Shown here one piece after another: positions 11,135 through 19,348 of a stretch of DNA of 32,000 bases (position 1 is its first letter; each line of letters opens with the position of its first letter). The stretch comes from Staphylothermus hellenicus DSM 12710. Lineage in GTDB: Archaea; Thermoproteota; Thermoprotei_A; Sulfolobales; Desulfurococcaceae. The DNA lies in assembly GCF_000092465.1 (NCBI RefSeq), contig NC_014205.1, positions 720,001 through 752,000 on the forward strand. Reading direction: 5' to 3'. Under the pieces are notes generated by a model, which saw only the letters and a program-made list of their open reading frames with translations, did not search any database and was not told where the DNA came from. Both the position numbers and the translations under genes were made by a program.

Positions 11135-12355
11135 ATGCCTAAAACTTACACTATAGAAATCAAGCCAGGATTCTACATATTAGGAATAGATGATGATAAA
11201 ATCAAATACTTTGAGGGATTATGGTATATTCCCGAAGGAATAACATATAATGCATACCTTTTGAAGACTAAGGATGGATATGTATTGTTTGATACGTGGA
11301 AACACATTTATAGCGAGGAATTCATTAATGAGCTGAAGAAAATAATTGATCCAAGAGAGATCAAATATCTTGTTGTTCACCATATGGAACCTGATCACAG
11401 TGGTTCTATAAAGGACTTGTTAGAAATAAATCCTGAAATACTAGTTCTCGGCCACCCACTAATGCGTGGAATGATTGAATCATTCTACAACGTCAAGCCA
11501 AGATTCAAGCCTGTAAAAGATAATGAAATACTTGAGATTGGAGAATACAAGCTACGATTCATACATACACCTTGGCTGCACTGGCCAGAAACAATAATGA
11601 CTTATATCGAGAATCTCCAAGCACTCTTAACATGCGATGCTTTCGGAGCATATGGTATATTTGATAAAATATATGATACCGAATTAAGCCCTGAAGAGCA
11701 GGAAAAACACATGTTCTATACACGGAAATATATCGCGACAGTTATAGGTCATTATGCTGATTGGGTTGAGAAGGCACTGAACAAGCTTGAATCACTGGGT
11801 CTTAACATAGAATTAATTGCTCCAGCACATGGAATTATATGGAAAAACCCGAGTATGATCATAAAATATTATCGTTCCTGGAGTAAGGGGTTAAGTATTA
11901 GTGGAAAGAAGAAGATAGTAGTAGTTTATACGTCAATGTACAGATTCGTTGAGAAAGCAGTTAAAGAAGCTATTAAAGTGCTTGATGAGAAAAAAGCTTT
12001 CTATAAAATATATCGTTTCCTAGACGATTACAGAGATAAATACAGCGATTTATTAGCTGACCTATTAAATTCCTCAGCAATAATACTTGGAACAGCAACA
12101 TATGAAGCTTCAATATTTCCATTAATGAGGCACATACTAGATCTTATGATAGAGAAAATACCCAAGAACAAAAAAGTCCTAGTTATAACTAATTATGGTT
12201 GGGGAGGAGTTGCTGGAAAGAAGATAAGGGAACTACTAACAAGTAATGGGTTCGAGGTAGTAGATGTAGTGGAGTTTAGAGCTGGACAAATAGATATGTT
12301 CAAAAATAGAATAGTTGAAGCCACCAATAAACTCCTCGAGACACTTGGTGAATAA
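11135..12355 (+). CDS. fprA: Flavodiiron protein (FprA-type, metallo-beta-lactamase-like plus flavodoxin-like domains)
   Basis: 406 aa with the HHMEPDHSG di-iron motif and a C-terminal flavodoxin-like KIVVVYTSMY segment. Confidence 0.88.
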   Translation: MPKTYTIEIKPGFYILGIDDDKIKYFEGLWYIPEGITYNAYLLKTKDGYVLFDTWKHIYSEEFINELKKIIDPREIKYLVVHHMEPDHSGSIKDLLEINPEILVLGHPLMRGMIESFYNVKPRFKPVKDNEILEIGEYKLRFIHTPWLHWPETIMTYIENLQALLTCDAFGAYGIFDKIYDTELSPEEQEKHMFYTRKYIATVIGHYADWVEKALNKLESLGLNIELIAPAHGIIWKNPSMIIKYYRSWSKGLSISGKKKIVVVYTSMYRFVEKAVKEAIKVLDEKKAFYKIYRFLDDYRDKYSDLLADLLNSSAIILGTATYEASIFPLMRHILDLMIEKIPKNKKVLVITNYGWGGVAGKKIRELLTSNGFEVVDVVEFRAGQIDMFKNRIVEATNKLLETLGE

Positions 12356-12358
12356 CAT

Positions 12359-13480
12359 TTGAGCGTTAGCCGAGACTTTATTGATAAGGCTAAAAAAGCA
12401 TATAGGGATGAACTAGAATCTGCAATAATATATTCAATGATCGCTGGAAGATTAAAAGGGAAGCCAATATCCGAGAAACTATTAAGAATAGCACATATAG
12501 AATCAGAACACGCTGGTTTCTGGGCACAGATTCTAAGGAAATACGGTGTGGATCCGGAAACGGTTAAGCCTAGTAAAACCAAAATCTTCATGTATAAATT
12601 GTTGTTTCCAATAATAGGTTTTGGATTAACACTGAAACTATTAGAATCCGGCGAATCTGAAGCAATTAAAATGTATTCTGATCTCCTAGAGTCCCCAAAT
12701 TTAAATGAGAAAGAAAAGGAATGGTTAAAGAAGATCATTGCTGATGAATTAATGCATGAAGAAAGCTTCATAGAAGAAGAATCAAAGATCAAGGAGTTCC
12801 TAGACCATGTGAGGGATGCCGTTCTAGGAATGAATGATGGATTAGTTGAAATATTATCGGTTTCAGCAGGTTTAGCTGGAGCATATGGTGACCCATTAAA
12901 TGTCGCATTAGGCGGACTAATAGTTGGAATAGCTGGTTCTCTATCCATGGGTATAGGAGCATATATTAGTGTGAAGGCTCAGAGAGAAGTTAGGATGAGT
13001 GTACTTCATAGAGTAATTGGTGCCGTTAAAAGTATACCGGAAAAACTAGTTGAAACCCTGTCTAAGATCATATCCTCGAGAGGGTACTCTAAGGATACGG
13101 TAGAGAAAATATTGAATGATGCATCTAGAAACAAGGAATTGCTTAAAAAACTGGTTGTCGAGGAAAAATATGGTATAAAAGAGGAAATGATAGAAAACCC
13201 TGCAAAATCAGGATTAATAACAGGTTTATTTTATATTGTTGGAGCAATAATACCTTTAATACCATACTTCCTAAGATTACCAATAATAATATCACTACCC
13301 CTATCTCTATTATTCGCGGGATTAATGCTCAGCATAGTGGGATTCCTAATAGCATTATCAGCCGGCTTAAACATAAAGAAGAAAATGATAGAACTACTAA
13401 TTGGAGGTCTAGGAGCAGCAGGATTAACCTACCTAATAGGTCTAATAGCATCAACACTGTTAGGCATAAACGTTGGCTGA
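12359..13480 (+). CDS. Ferritin-like (rubrerythrin-type) domain fused to a VIT1/CCC1 iron transporter domain
   Basis: 373 aa, TTG start 4 nt after the fprA stop. N-terminal ExxH pairs (ESEH, ELMH). VIT1 motif AVLGMNDGLVEILSVSAGLAG. C-terminal TM helices. Confidence 0.85.
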   Translation: MSVSRDFIDKAKKAYRDELESAIIYSMIAGRLKGKPISEKLLRIAHIESEHAGFWAQILRKYGVDPETVKPSKTKIFMYKLLFPIIGFGLTLKLLESGESEAIKMYSDLLESPNLNEKEKEWLKKIIADELMHEESFIEEESKIKEFLDHVRDAVLGMNDGLVEILSVSAGLAGAYGDPLNVALGGLIVGIAGSLSMGIGAYISVKAQREVRMSVLHRVIGAVKSIPEKLVETLSKIISSRGYSKDTVEKILNDASRNKELLKKLVVEEKYGIKEEMIENPAKSGLITGLFYIVGAIIPLIPYFLRLPIIISLPLSLLFAGLMLSIVGFLIALSAGLNIKKKMIELLIGGLGAAGLTYLIGLIASTLLGINVG

Positions 13481-13990
13481 ATTCTCCAATTATCTAAGCC
13501 GATAAAAACAATTTTATTCAATAATATTTTTTATAATTTATATTAAGGTAAAATCTATAAATCTATATAGTTCTTCGAACATCGGCCAGACCCTATTATT
13601 AGTTTAGTATTTTAATACAATTAATCTTGAAAGATTAGTCCAACGACTAAATTCTATTATTAATATTTTGAAAACAAATATTGGTAGCCTTGGTACATCA
13701 ATGGATTTATTTTAGTGTATATCATGGTATAGAGTAAGCCAAGTGAGACCTTTTTATTATATGCATTTGTACAGCTTTTTCCGATCACTAAAGCTCTAGT
13801 TGATAATATAAGTATTAGGCTAATATTTTATCTTTAACTATTAACATTTTCATCTAAAACTCTTAGTCATACTTCATTGCTGAATTAAATCTTTTCCATT
13901 TTCCTAAACCGTTAGCTTTCAACAATTTCGCCAAATACATGGCTCGATACGCTTACTTTATTAAAAATACACGTCTAATAAGTTCGAGCA

Positions 13991-13998
13991 TTTAAAAA
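13991..13998 (+). promoter_or_regulatory. Candidate archaeal TATA box for the GC-rich RNA
   Basis: TTTAAAAA preceded by purine-rich CGAGCA (BRE-like). Its centre lies about 26 nt upstream of G14021, where the GC-rich segment begins. Confidence 0.4.
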
Positions 13999-14011
13999 CA
14001 AACCAGTAACA

Positions 14012-14020
14012 ATAAAATAA
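14012..14020. repeat. Left copy of a 9-bp direct repeat ATAAAATAA flanking the GC-rich element
   Basis: An exact 9-mer is repeated at 14321-14329. The two copies bracket exactly 300 bp (14021-14320). Confidence 0.6.
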
Positions 14021-14310
14021 GCGAAGGGTTGGGGCACTCCGTAGGGGATCCAACCCCAAAATTCACGGTGTCCCAACTCCCCAGCAAGCCAATAGGGCCC
14101 CAAGGGAAGCCCCAGCAACGGCTCGGGGGCTTAGCGTAGGACTGTGCAAGCCTAGATTCACCCCGGGGGTCTAGGTTTGCATGGTTCTGCGTTGAGCTCC
14201 CTCCCCGGGGGAGCCGTTGTTGGGGTTTCTTGAGGGGCCTTTTGGCTTGAGCGGGGGTTGTAATCGGTGCTTTACGGGGTTGGGCCTCTTATGGAGTGTC
14301 CCGGCCCTGT
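14021..14310 (+). ncRNA. Unclassified GC-rich rod-like structured RNA (about 285 nt)
   Basis: 179/290 G+C (62%) inside AT-rich flanks. 14026-14160 pairs with 14170-14307 as one unbranched hairpin, including 32 consecutive pairs 14125-14156/14170-14201. I count about 20 G-U pairs versus 1 A-C, which favours the + strand. There is an upstream TATA-like box. I found no SRP, RNase P, C/D or H/ACA motifs. The ends are approximate. Confidence 0.7.
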
Positions 14311-14320
14311 CTCTTCTACT

Positions 14321-14329
14321 ATAAAATAA
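14321..14329. repeat. Right copy of the 9-bp direct repeat ATAAAATAA
   Basis: Exact match to 14012-14020. Confidence 0.6.
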
Positions 14330-14829
14330 TTACCTATGTGTAATATAATGCTGTTCTAAGAATGCTTGAGGGTCTTGTTTTATCCCATCAAGTAGAACTC
14401 CCCATATCTACGACCACGCGTATATGTTTTAGCTCTCCATTTAGGAATTGCTGTATAGAACACTTTTTCATGGTTATTTAGTTTTTGAGGTAATTAATTG
14501 TATGTCTAGTTGGTTGATGGTTCTTAATAGGTGTTCCGAGCTTGTATATATTAATAGGATATTACTTAGTGAGGAATCCTTAGCAAATAAAAATGAATTG
14601 TGTTAAGAGCATTTATTTAGAGGCTTATTATGGATAATTAGCTTCTCTATTACTTGTCGGTATTTATTTTATATTATATGGTAAGTAGTAAAGAATCTTC
14701 CAGGGGATATGAACTACAAAAACGTGACAGGATATTTTTATGAAAAAACATTATTGAGTGTTAATCATGCTTAGTAGCATTAAAACCTTGGGCTGAAAAT
14801 GCTGCATTTTATGTCATTTTATGTTTTAT

Positions 14830-15489
14830 TTATATTGGCCATTTCTCTATATTGTAGGCCATGTCCCAGAACATGTATTCGTATCTGCTGCTTAGTATGA
14901 ATATTCTTTTCAATTTATTGTAGTCTATGTGTTTCGCATATTTATCTACTAAATTTATTAGTTTGGTTGTTAATTCAATGTATTCTTTTGATCTATACGT
15001 GTTTATCCAGTCTAGATATACTGGGTTTTTGTTTTTCATTATTAAATCCTTGTTTACTCTGGGTATTTCCATATAGGTCCAGAAGCATGGAAGAGTTGAA
15101 ACCAAGCACTCTATAGGTGTTCCGAGACTACAGGTTGATAATACATGATTAACATAAGCGATATTCGTGGGTGCTGGCTCAGTATTCAATACTTCTTCTA
15201 TGGTTAATCCTATTCTATCCAGTAATCGCAGATAATTATCCATTTCAATCGTTGCATCACCATATGCTAGCATTAATGCCTCTCTTAACAATTCATAATC
15301 ATAAGCTTTAGATGCCAATAATGAAAACGCCTTAGTCATACCGATAAGGAAATTATAGTCTTGAATAACATAGTATCTAAACTTTTCCATTGGCAGAGAT
15401 CCTTTGAAAAGCTCGACTACGAAGGGATGCTTAAATATCTTATCCCATATACTATTAGCTTCTTCTCTAAGCCTCTGTGTAACCGGCAA
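14830..15489 (-). CDS. tenA: Thiaminase II / aminopyrimidine aminohydrolase (TenA family)
   Basis: 219 aa. WDKIFKHPFVVELFKGSLPMEKFRYYVIQDYNFL matches the TenA/PqqC-like N-terminal signature. Lies in a thiamine gene context. Confidence 0.88.
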   Translation of the reverse strand: MPVTQRLREEANSIWDKIFKHPFVVELFKGSLPMEKFRYYVIQDYNFLIGMTKAFSLLASKAYDYELLREALMLAYGDATIEMDNYLRLLDRIGLTIEEVLNTEPAPTNIAYVNHVLSTCSLGTPIECLVSTLPCFWTYMEIPRVNKDLIMKNKNPVYLDWINTYRSKEYIELTTKLINLVDKYAKHIDYNKLKRIFILSSRYEYMFWDMAYNIEKWPI

Positions 15490-15669
15490 GAACCCTCACC
15501 AATATAATTTATTGTATCCAAAAATATTTATTTCACAAGTCTTACAATGATTTTTCAATGTATTCAACGCTTTTACTATGGGATTGTTAAGTTTAGTTAT
15601 TGGATCGCCTATATGGTTTTTGAATTGGGTGTTTATTGAAAAATAAATATGGATTTAAAATTTTTATTT

Positions 15670-16209
15670 CTATGTTTTCCTCCTGGTTACTGTATATCCA
15701 GCAATTGATCCTATGAATCCATATATTGCTCCGCTCACAATTGCAGCTATTAACCATATAGTCATTACTTCTGGAGATGCTATTTCACCGAATAATACTG
15801 CATCTAATGCTACGCATGGAAATGCTGCGAAGGCACCTGCTAATGCTCCTATATATGGATCATATCTATTATACCTGAATAGTGTATATGCTAATTCGGA
15901 TGCTAAGCCTTGTGCAACACCATATATTAGGTTTGTGAATCCACCGGCTGTAGGGATTATTGTTTCTACTAGTGCCCCAAGTGTTTCCCCTAGAAAAGCT
16001 GATAATGGCTTCCTTATCATTGATGCTGCTAGTGGTGCACCAATAAACCATAATCCATAAGATACTATTCTAGCAAGGATTTTTCCGCCGACAGCTTCAG
16101 CTGCATAGTATACGAACCATGTAGCATAGAATATTAAGCCCGCTACTACAGCTACTACTCCGAGAATAGTGTAGTCGATCACAGTATATTTTAATTTCCC
16201 GGTGCTCAT
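15670..16209 (-). CDS. ykoE: ECF-type substrate-capture (S) component, YkoE-like (HMP/thiamine precursor uptake)
   Basis: 179-aa Gly/Ala-rich protein with about 6 TM helices. By recollection it resembles YkoE. It sits in the same island as the ykoD/ykoC homologues and thiamine genes. Confidence 0.65.
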   Translation of the reverse strand: MSTGKLKYTVIDYTILGVVAVVAGLIFYATWFVYYAAEAVGGKILARIVSYGLWFIGAPLAASMIRKPLSAFLGETLGALVETIIPTAGGFTNLIYGVAQGLASELAYTLFRYNRYDPYIGALAGAFAAFPCVALDAVLFGEIASPEVMTIWLIAAIVSGAIYGFIGSIAGYTVTRRKT

Positions 16210-16295
16210 GACTAATCACCCGGTAAAAACCTATTATAACCTAATTATTAATTATATAATAACTGAGTAATAATATTTTGCGAGGAGAACAAAAC

Positions 16296-17123
16296 ATGAA
16301 GTTCTTTCCCCAAAATCTCTATGAACTAAGCGAAGGAGATCTTTCTAAAACATTGATTGATGCACTATACAAGAAACTTTCAGAAATTGTTAAAGTTGAT
16401 GTAGCAATAGTTGGCGCAGGCCCCTCAGGATTAACGGCTGCTTGGAAACTAGGTGAGAAAGGCTACAAAGTATTAGTTCTCGAGAGAATGCTTGGTGTTG
16501 GAGGAGGAATGAGAGGGGGATCAATGCTTTTACCGGTTGGACTTATAGAAGATGGTGAAGCAGCAGAGATCGCTAGGGAGGCAGGGGCTAGGATTAATAA
16601 GATTAGAAATGGCTTATTCGTTGTTGATCCAAGCGAGTTAGCGGTTAGACTGGCATCTAAGGCTATTGAGAATGGAGCAATAATATGGCCCGGCGTATTA
16701 GTTGAGGATCTAATAACTCGTGGTAGAGGAGAAGACCTTGTTGTTAAAGGAGTACTTATTAATTGGACACCTATCTACGAGGCTGGCTGGCATGTTGACC
16801 CATTCTATATAGAAGCTAATGCTGTTGTTGACGCAACAGGTCATGACGGATCATTATTGAGAGTGCTTGCTAAGAGGCATCCAGAACTCAAAATAAATAT
16901 TCCTGGAATGTCTAGTCAGAATGTTTGGATTGGTGAAGAAATGGTTGTTGAGAAAACAAGTATGGTGGTTAAAGGATTATTCGTTACCGGTATGAGTGTT
17001 GCTGAACTATATAATACTAATAGAATGGGGGCTATCTTTGGCGGAATGCTTGTTTCAGGCAGGAAAGTAGCTGATCTTATAGATGATTATTTTGGGAAAA
17101 CTAGAACATTAAGGGAACAATAA
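16296..17123 (+). CDS. thi4: Thiamine thiazole synthase (Thi4 family)
   Basis: DVAIVGAGPSGLTAA dinucleotide-binding motif and VVDATGHDGS. The track ORF starts at TTG 16278; I prefer ATG 16296 (MKFFPQNLYE). The 3' end overlaps the convergent ykoC by 23 nt. Confidence 0.9.
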   Translation: MKFFPQNLYELSEGDLSKTLIDALYKKLSEIVKVDVAIVGAGPSGLTAAWKLGEKGYKVLVLERMLGVGGGMRGGSMLLPVGLIEDGEAAEIAREAGARINKIRNGLFVVDPSELAVRLASKAIENGAIIWPGVLVEDLITRGRGEDLVVKGVLINWTPIYEAGWHVDPFYIEANAVVDATGHDGSLLRVLAKRHPELKINIPGMSSQNVWIGEEMVVEKTSMVVKGLFVTGMSVAELYNTNRMGAIFGGMLVSGRKVADLIDDYFGKTRTLREQ

Positions 17124-17796
17124 CTTGTATTGCTAACAAAATAAATACAATAATCTCTGAAACCCCAATACGTGTTTTTCTATACCTTACCTTTCTCAGC
17201 CTAAACCCTTTCAGTTCCACAGCTATCCCTGCCCAAACCGCCCTCTCATAAGCAATGCTCAGTAAAGGAAGCAGGAATGATTTCAAATCATTAGGTAAAT
17301 ACGGTATCCTCCTATACCCACGCTCCAATCTAGCAATTCTTATTTCCTCATAATCCTTCCTCATTAAAGGTATTAATCTCAAAGCATAAGATATGGAGAA
17401 GGCTAAGCCCTTAGGAATTCTTAATTCTAATACAAGTGATCTCACCAGTTCTGAAGGAGTAGAGTTACCTATGAAAAACAGTGTAGCACCAACTATTGAT
17501 GATAATCTCATAAATATAGCGGCTGTAGCCTTTAAAGCCCCCTCACGTATAATTATCCATCCCCAATCAACAACTATATTGCCTGTATTAGAAACTGTGT
17601 AAGCATTTATGAAGGTCCCCCATAAGCCTAGAATTAATAATAGCCATAACAACTTGTATCTATAACCATACATCACCCCTAATATGAGATTAATTAAACC
17701 AATAATTAACAGATCATATAAATCTCTATAAGCATATGCTAGTAGAGAAACGATTAATGCATATATAAACAATATTGATGAAGAAGGCCTCCTCAA
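17101..17796 (-). CDS. ykoC: ECF transporter transmembrane (T) component, CbiQ/YkoC-like
   Basis: 231-aa polytopic protein with IRIARLERGY (the T-component Arg-Gly motif region). 4-nt overlap with the upstream ATPase gene. Confidence 0.8.
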   Translation of the reverse strand: MRRPSSSILFIYALIVSLLAYAYRDLYDLLIIGLINLILGVMYGYRYKLLWLLLILGLWGTFINAYTVSNTGNIVVDWGWIIIREGALKATAAIFMRLSSIVGATLFFIGNSTPSELVRSLVLELRIPKGLAFSISYALRLIPLMRKDYEEIRIARLERGYRRIPYLPNDLKSFLLPLLSIAYERAVWAGIAVELKGFRLRKVRYRKTRIGVSEIIVFILLAIQVIVPLMF

Positions 17797-19280
17797 AACT
17801 CCGCACCCGCAATTTTTTCTAATAATTCAACAACTTCCTCTTTATTTCTTGATTCAAATCTTCTAGAAACCGGGTCAATATAGTATACAGTATCAGCTAG
17901 TTCCCCAACAACTCTTGGATCATGTGTTGAAATTATAAATGATAAACCTATATCTCTTAGATTATTGATCAACCTCTTTAACTCCTTAAACAAAGAATAA
18001 TCCAAGCCTGTTGTTGGTTCATCCAATAATATTATCTTAGACTTATAGGCCCAAGCAATTATTATTGATAACCATCGACGTTGGCCATGGCTTAGATTAT
18101 ATGGGCTCATATATTTTAATTTATTAAACCATGGTATTTTTTCAGCAATAACACTTGGATCGTTTCTTGTCTTCTTAGCTAGTTCTAGAATTTCTTTTTC
18201 AAGACTTGTCTCCATGAATAAATAGTCTGGTTGTTGCGGCACGTAGAATAGTCCTTTAAACAATTTATTCCTACGATAAACAAGTTTTTCCCCTAGAAAA
18301 TATATTTCTCCATCAACTGCAGGGATAGCGCCAATTAAAGTTTTGAGAAAAGTTGTCTTACCTGATCCATTAGGTCCCACAATTACTGCAATTTCGCCTT
18401 CACGAAGCTCTAAATCAATATCTTTTACCAATACATCGCTATCAGGGTAGCCGATTGCTAGATTTCGTGTTTTAAGAATTGTCCTATTATTTAAAGGTTT
18501 AGGAGGCAATATGTGTGGAGATTTTGCATCTATCCCCATATTTTCAAGTTGGTCTAGAACCTTATTTGTAACTTCTTCTTTTCTATATACTTGTTCAAGC
18601 CTACCCCTGATAAGGACATGTATTTCATTGACTAGATCTATAAAATATTTTAGTTTATGCTCCACTATTACTATTGTTTTGCTTCTTTTTTCAGCCTCCA
18701 CTATGAATTCTCTTATCTGCTTTATCCCCCATGGATCAACAGATGCTGTAGGCTCATCTAGAAATAATACTTCGGGGTCGTGAACAGTTGCTGATGCAAA
18801 TGTGAGTCTTCTCTTCTCTCCTCCCGATAAGTATTCAACATGCATATTTGCCTTTTTTTCTAATCCATACTTTTTCAACGCTAGAAATGCTAGTCGTTGT
18901 GCTTCCTCCTCACTATATCCAAGATTTTCTAGTTGGAAAGATACTTCATCTAGTGGTGTAGGCATTGCTATTTGTTTATCAGGGTCTTGTAGAACAGCTC
19001 CTAGTATTCTAGGTATTTTTGTAAAATCCTTTTCCTGTAATGGATCTAGATTATCTATAAGAACTGTTCCTTTAACCCATCCATTTAGAAGATTAGTTAA
19101 TATACCTGTTAATGTGAGTAACAAGGTTGTTTTACCGGAGCCTGACGGACCCGTTATTATTATTGTTTCTCCAGGGTTTACTTCTCCCAATATGTTCTCC
19201 AGTATTTTTTCGTTCTCAATGTATCCTGAAGCTTCGATACCATACTTTATCATGTTTCTCTGCCTCTCTACGATAATCAA
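17793..19280 (-). CDS. ykoD: Fused double ATPase of an ECF/ABC importer (YkoD-like)
   Basis: 495 aa with two ABC cassettes: GPSGSGKTT / LSGGEKRRL / VLFLDEPTASVD and GPNGSGKTT / LSHGQRRWL / IILLDEPTTGLD. Confidence 0.9.
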   Translation of the reverse strand: MIIVERQRNMIKYGIEASGYIENEKILENILGEVNPGETIIITGPSGSGKTTLLLTLTGILTNLLNGWVKGTVLIDNLDPLQEKDFTKIPRILGAVLQDPDKQIAMPTPLDEVSFQLENLGYSEEEAQRLAFLALKKYGLEKKANMHVEYLSGGEKRRLTFASATVHDPEVLFLDEPTASVDPWGIKQIREFIVEAEKRSKTIVIVEHKLKYFIDLVNEIHVLIRGRLEQVYRKEEVTNKVLDQLENMGIDAKSPHILPPKPLNNRTILKTRNLAIGYPDSDVLVKDIDLELREGEIAVIVGPNGSGKTTFLKTLIGAIPAVDGEIYFLGEKLVYRRNKLFKGLFYVPQQPDYLFMETSLEKEILELAKKTRNDPSVIAEKIPWFNKLKYMSPYNLSHGQRRWLSIIIAWAYKSKIILLDEPTTGLDYSLFKELKRLINNLRDIGLSFIISTHDPRVVGELADTVYYIDPVSRRFESRNKEEVVELLEKIAGAEF

Positions 19281-19348
19281 GTTATATATATTTTGATAAC
19301 TAAATTATATATTGATGAGAGCACTCCTTAAAGAGGGGGGAGCGTTCT

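Noticed and set aside
12193-12948. A long antisense ORF (251 aa). Similar ones occur at 10165-10692, 6174-6485, 18802-19296, 28538-29143, 269-657 and 31403-31675.
   Set aside because: Each lies entirely opposite a gene with strong family motifs and is Ser/Pro/Ile-rich low complexity with no motif. These are typical shadow ORFs.
13552-13567. A tandem AATCTATA x2 and other short A/T repeats in the gap, as possible repeat arrays or a CRISPR remnant.
   Set aside because: Only two 8-bp units of low-complexity AT sequence, with no spacer-repeat periodicity.
14021-14310. Calling the GC-rich element the SRP (7S) RNA or RNase P RNA, the usual ~300-nt GC-rich RNAs of archaea. The strings AGCAAC/AGCAAG and GGGAAG superficially recall SRP helix 8.
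   Set aside because: The AGCAAC segment is fully base-paired within the rod (14114-14124 with 14211-14221). There is no GNRA-capped helix 8, no separate helix 6 branch and no 5' Alu-type hairpins, because the two arms pair colinearly over their whole length. No GAGGAAAGUCC-like RNase P core exists on either strand. I cannot run a covariance model, so this stays an open alternative rather than an exclusion.
14697-14707. An origin-recognition-box-like CTTCCAGGGGA in the AT-rich gap, i.e. a possible replication origin.
   Set aside because: There is a single copy only, no inverted partner and no orc1/cdc6 gene nearby. The resemblance to the ORB core is partial.
16210-16295. A TPP riboswitch upstream of thi4/ykoE, and likewise at 19281-19348 and 15490-15669.
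   Set aside because: The leaders are short, AT-rich and unstructured. CTGAGT at about 16261 is not the conserved CUGAGA core, and no pairing partner helices are present.
19313-19318. A TGATGA C-box-like hexamer suggesting a C/D box sRNA.
   Set aside because: There is no CUGA D box at an appropriate distance and no terminal stem. It lies in the thiDN promoter/leader.
19321-19336. The 3' arm of the hairpin (14285-14299, CCUCUUAUGGAGUGU) could pair with the thiDN leader and Shine-Dalgarno region (GCACUCCUUAAAGAGG). This would suggest antisense control of thiamine genes.
   Set aside because: Only about 14 interrupted pairs (7 + 3 + 4, with a mismatch and a bulge). The ncRNA segment is already sequestered in the rod. 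G/C-run matches of this size are expected by chance. Not supportable without statistics or experiments.
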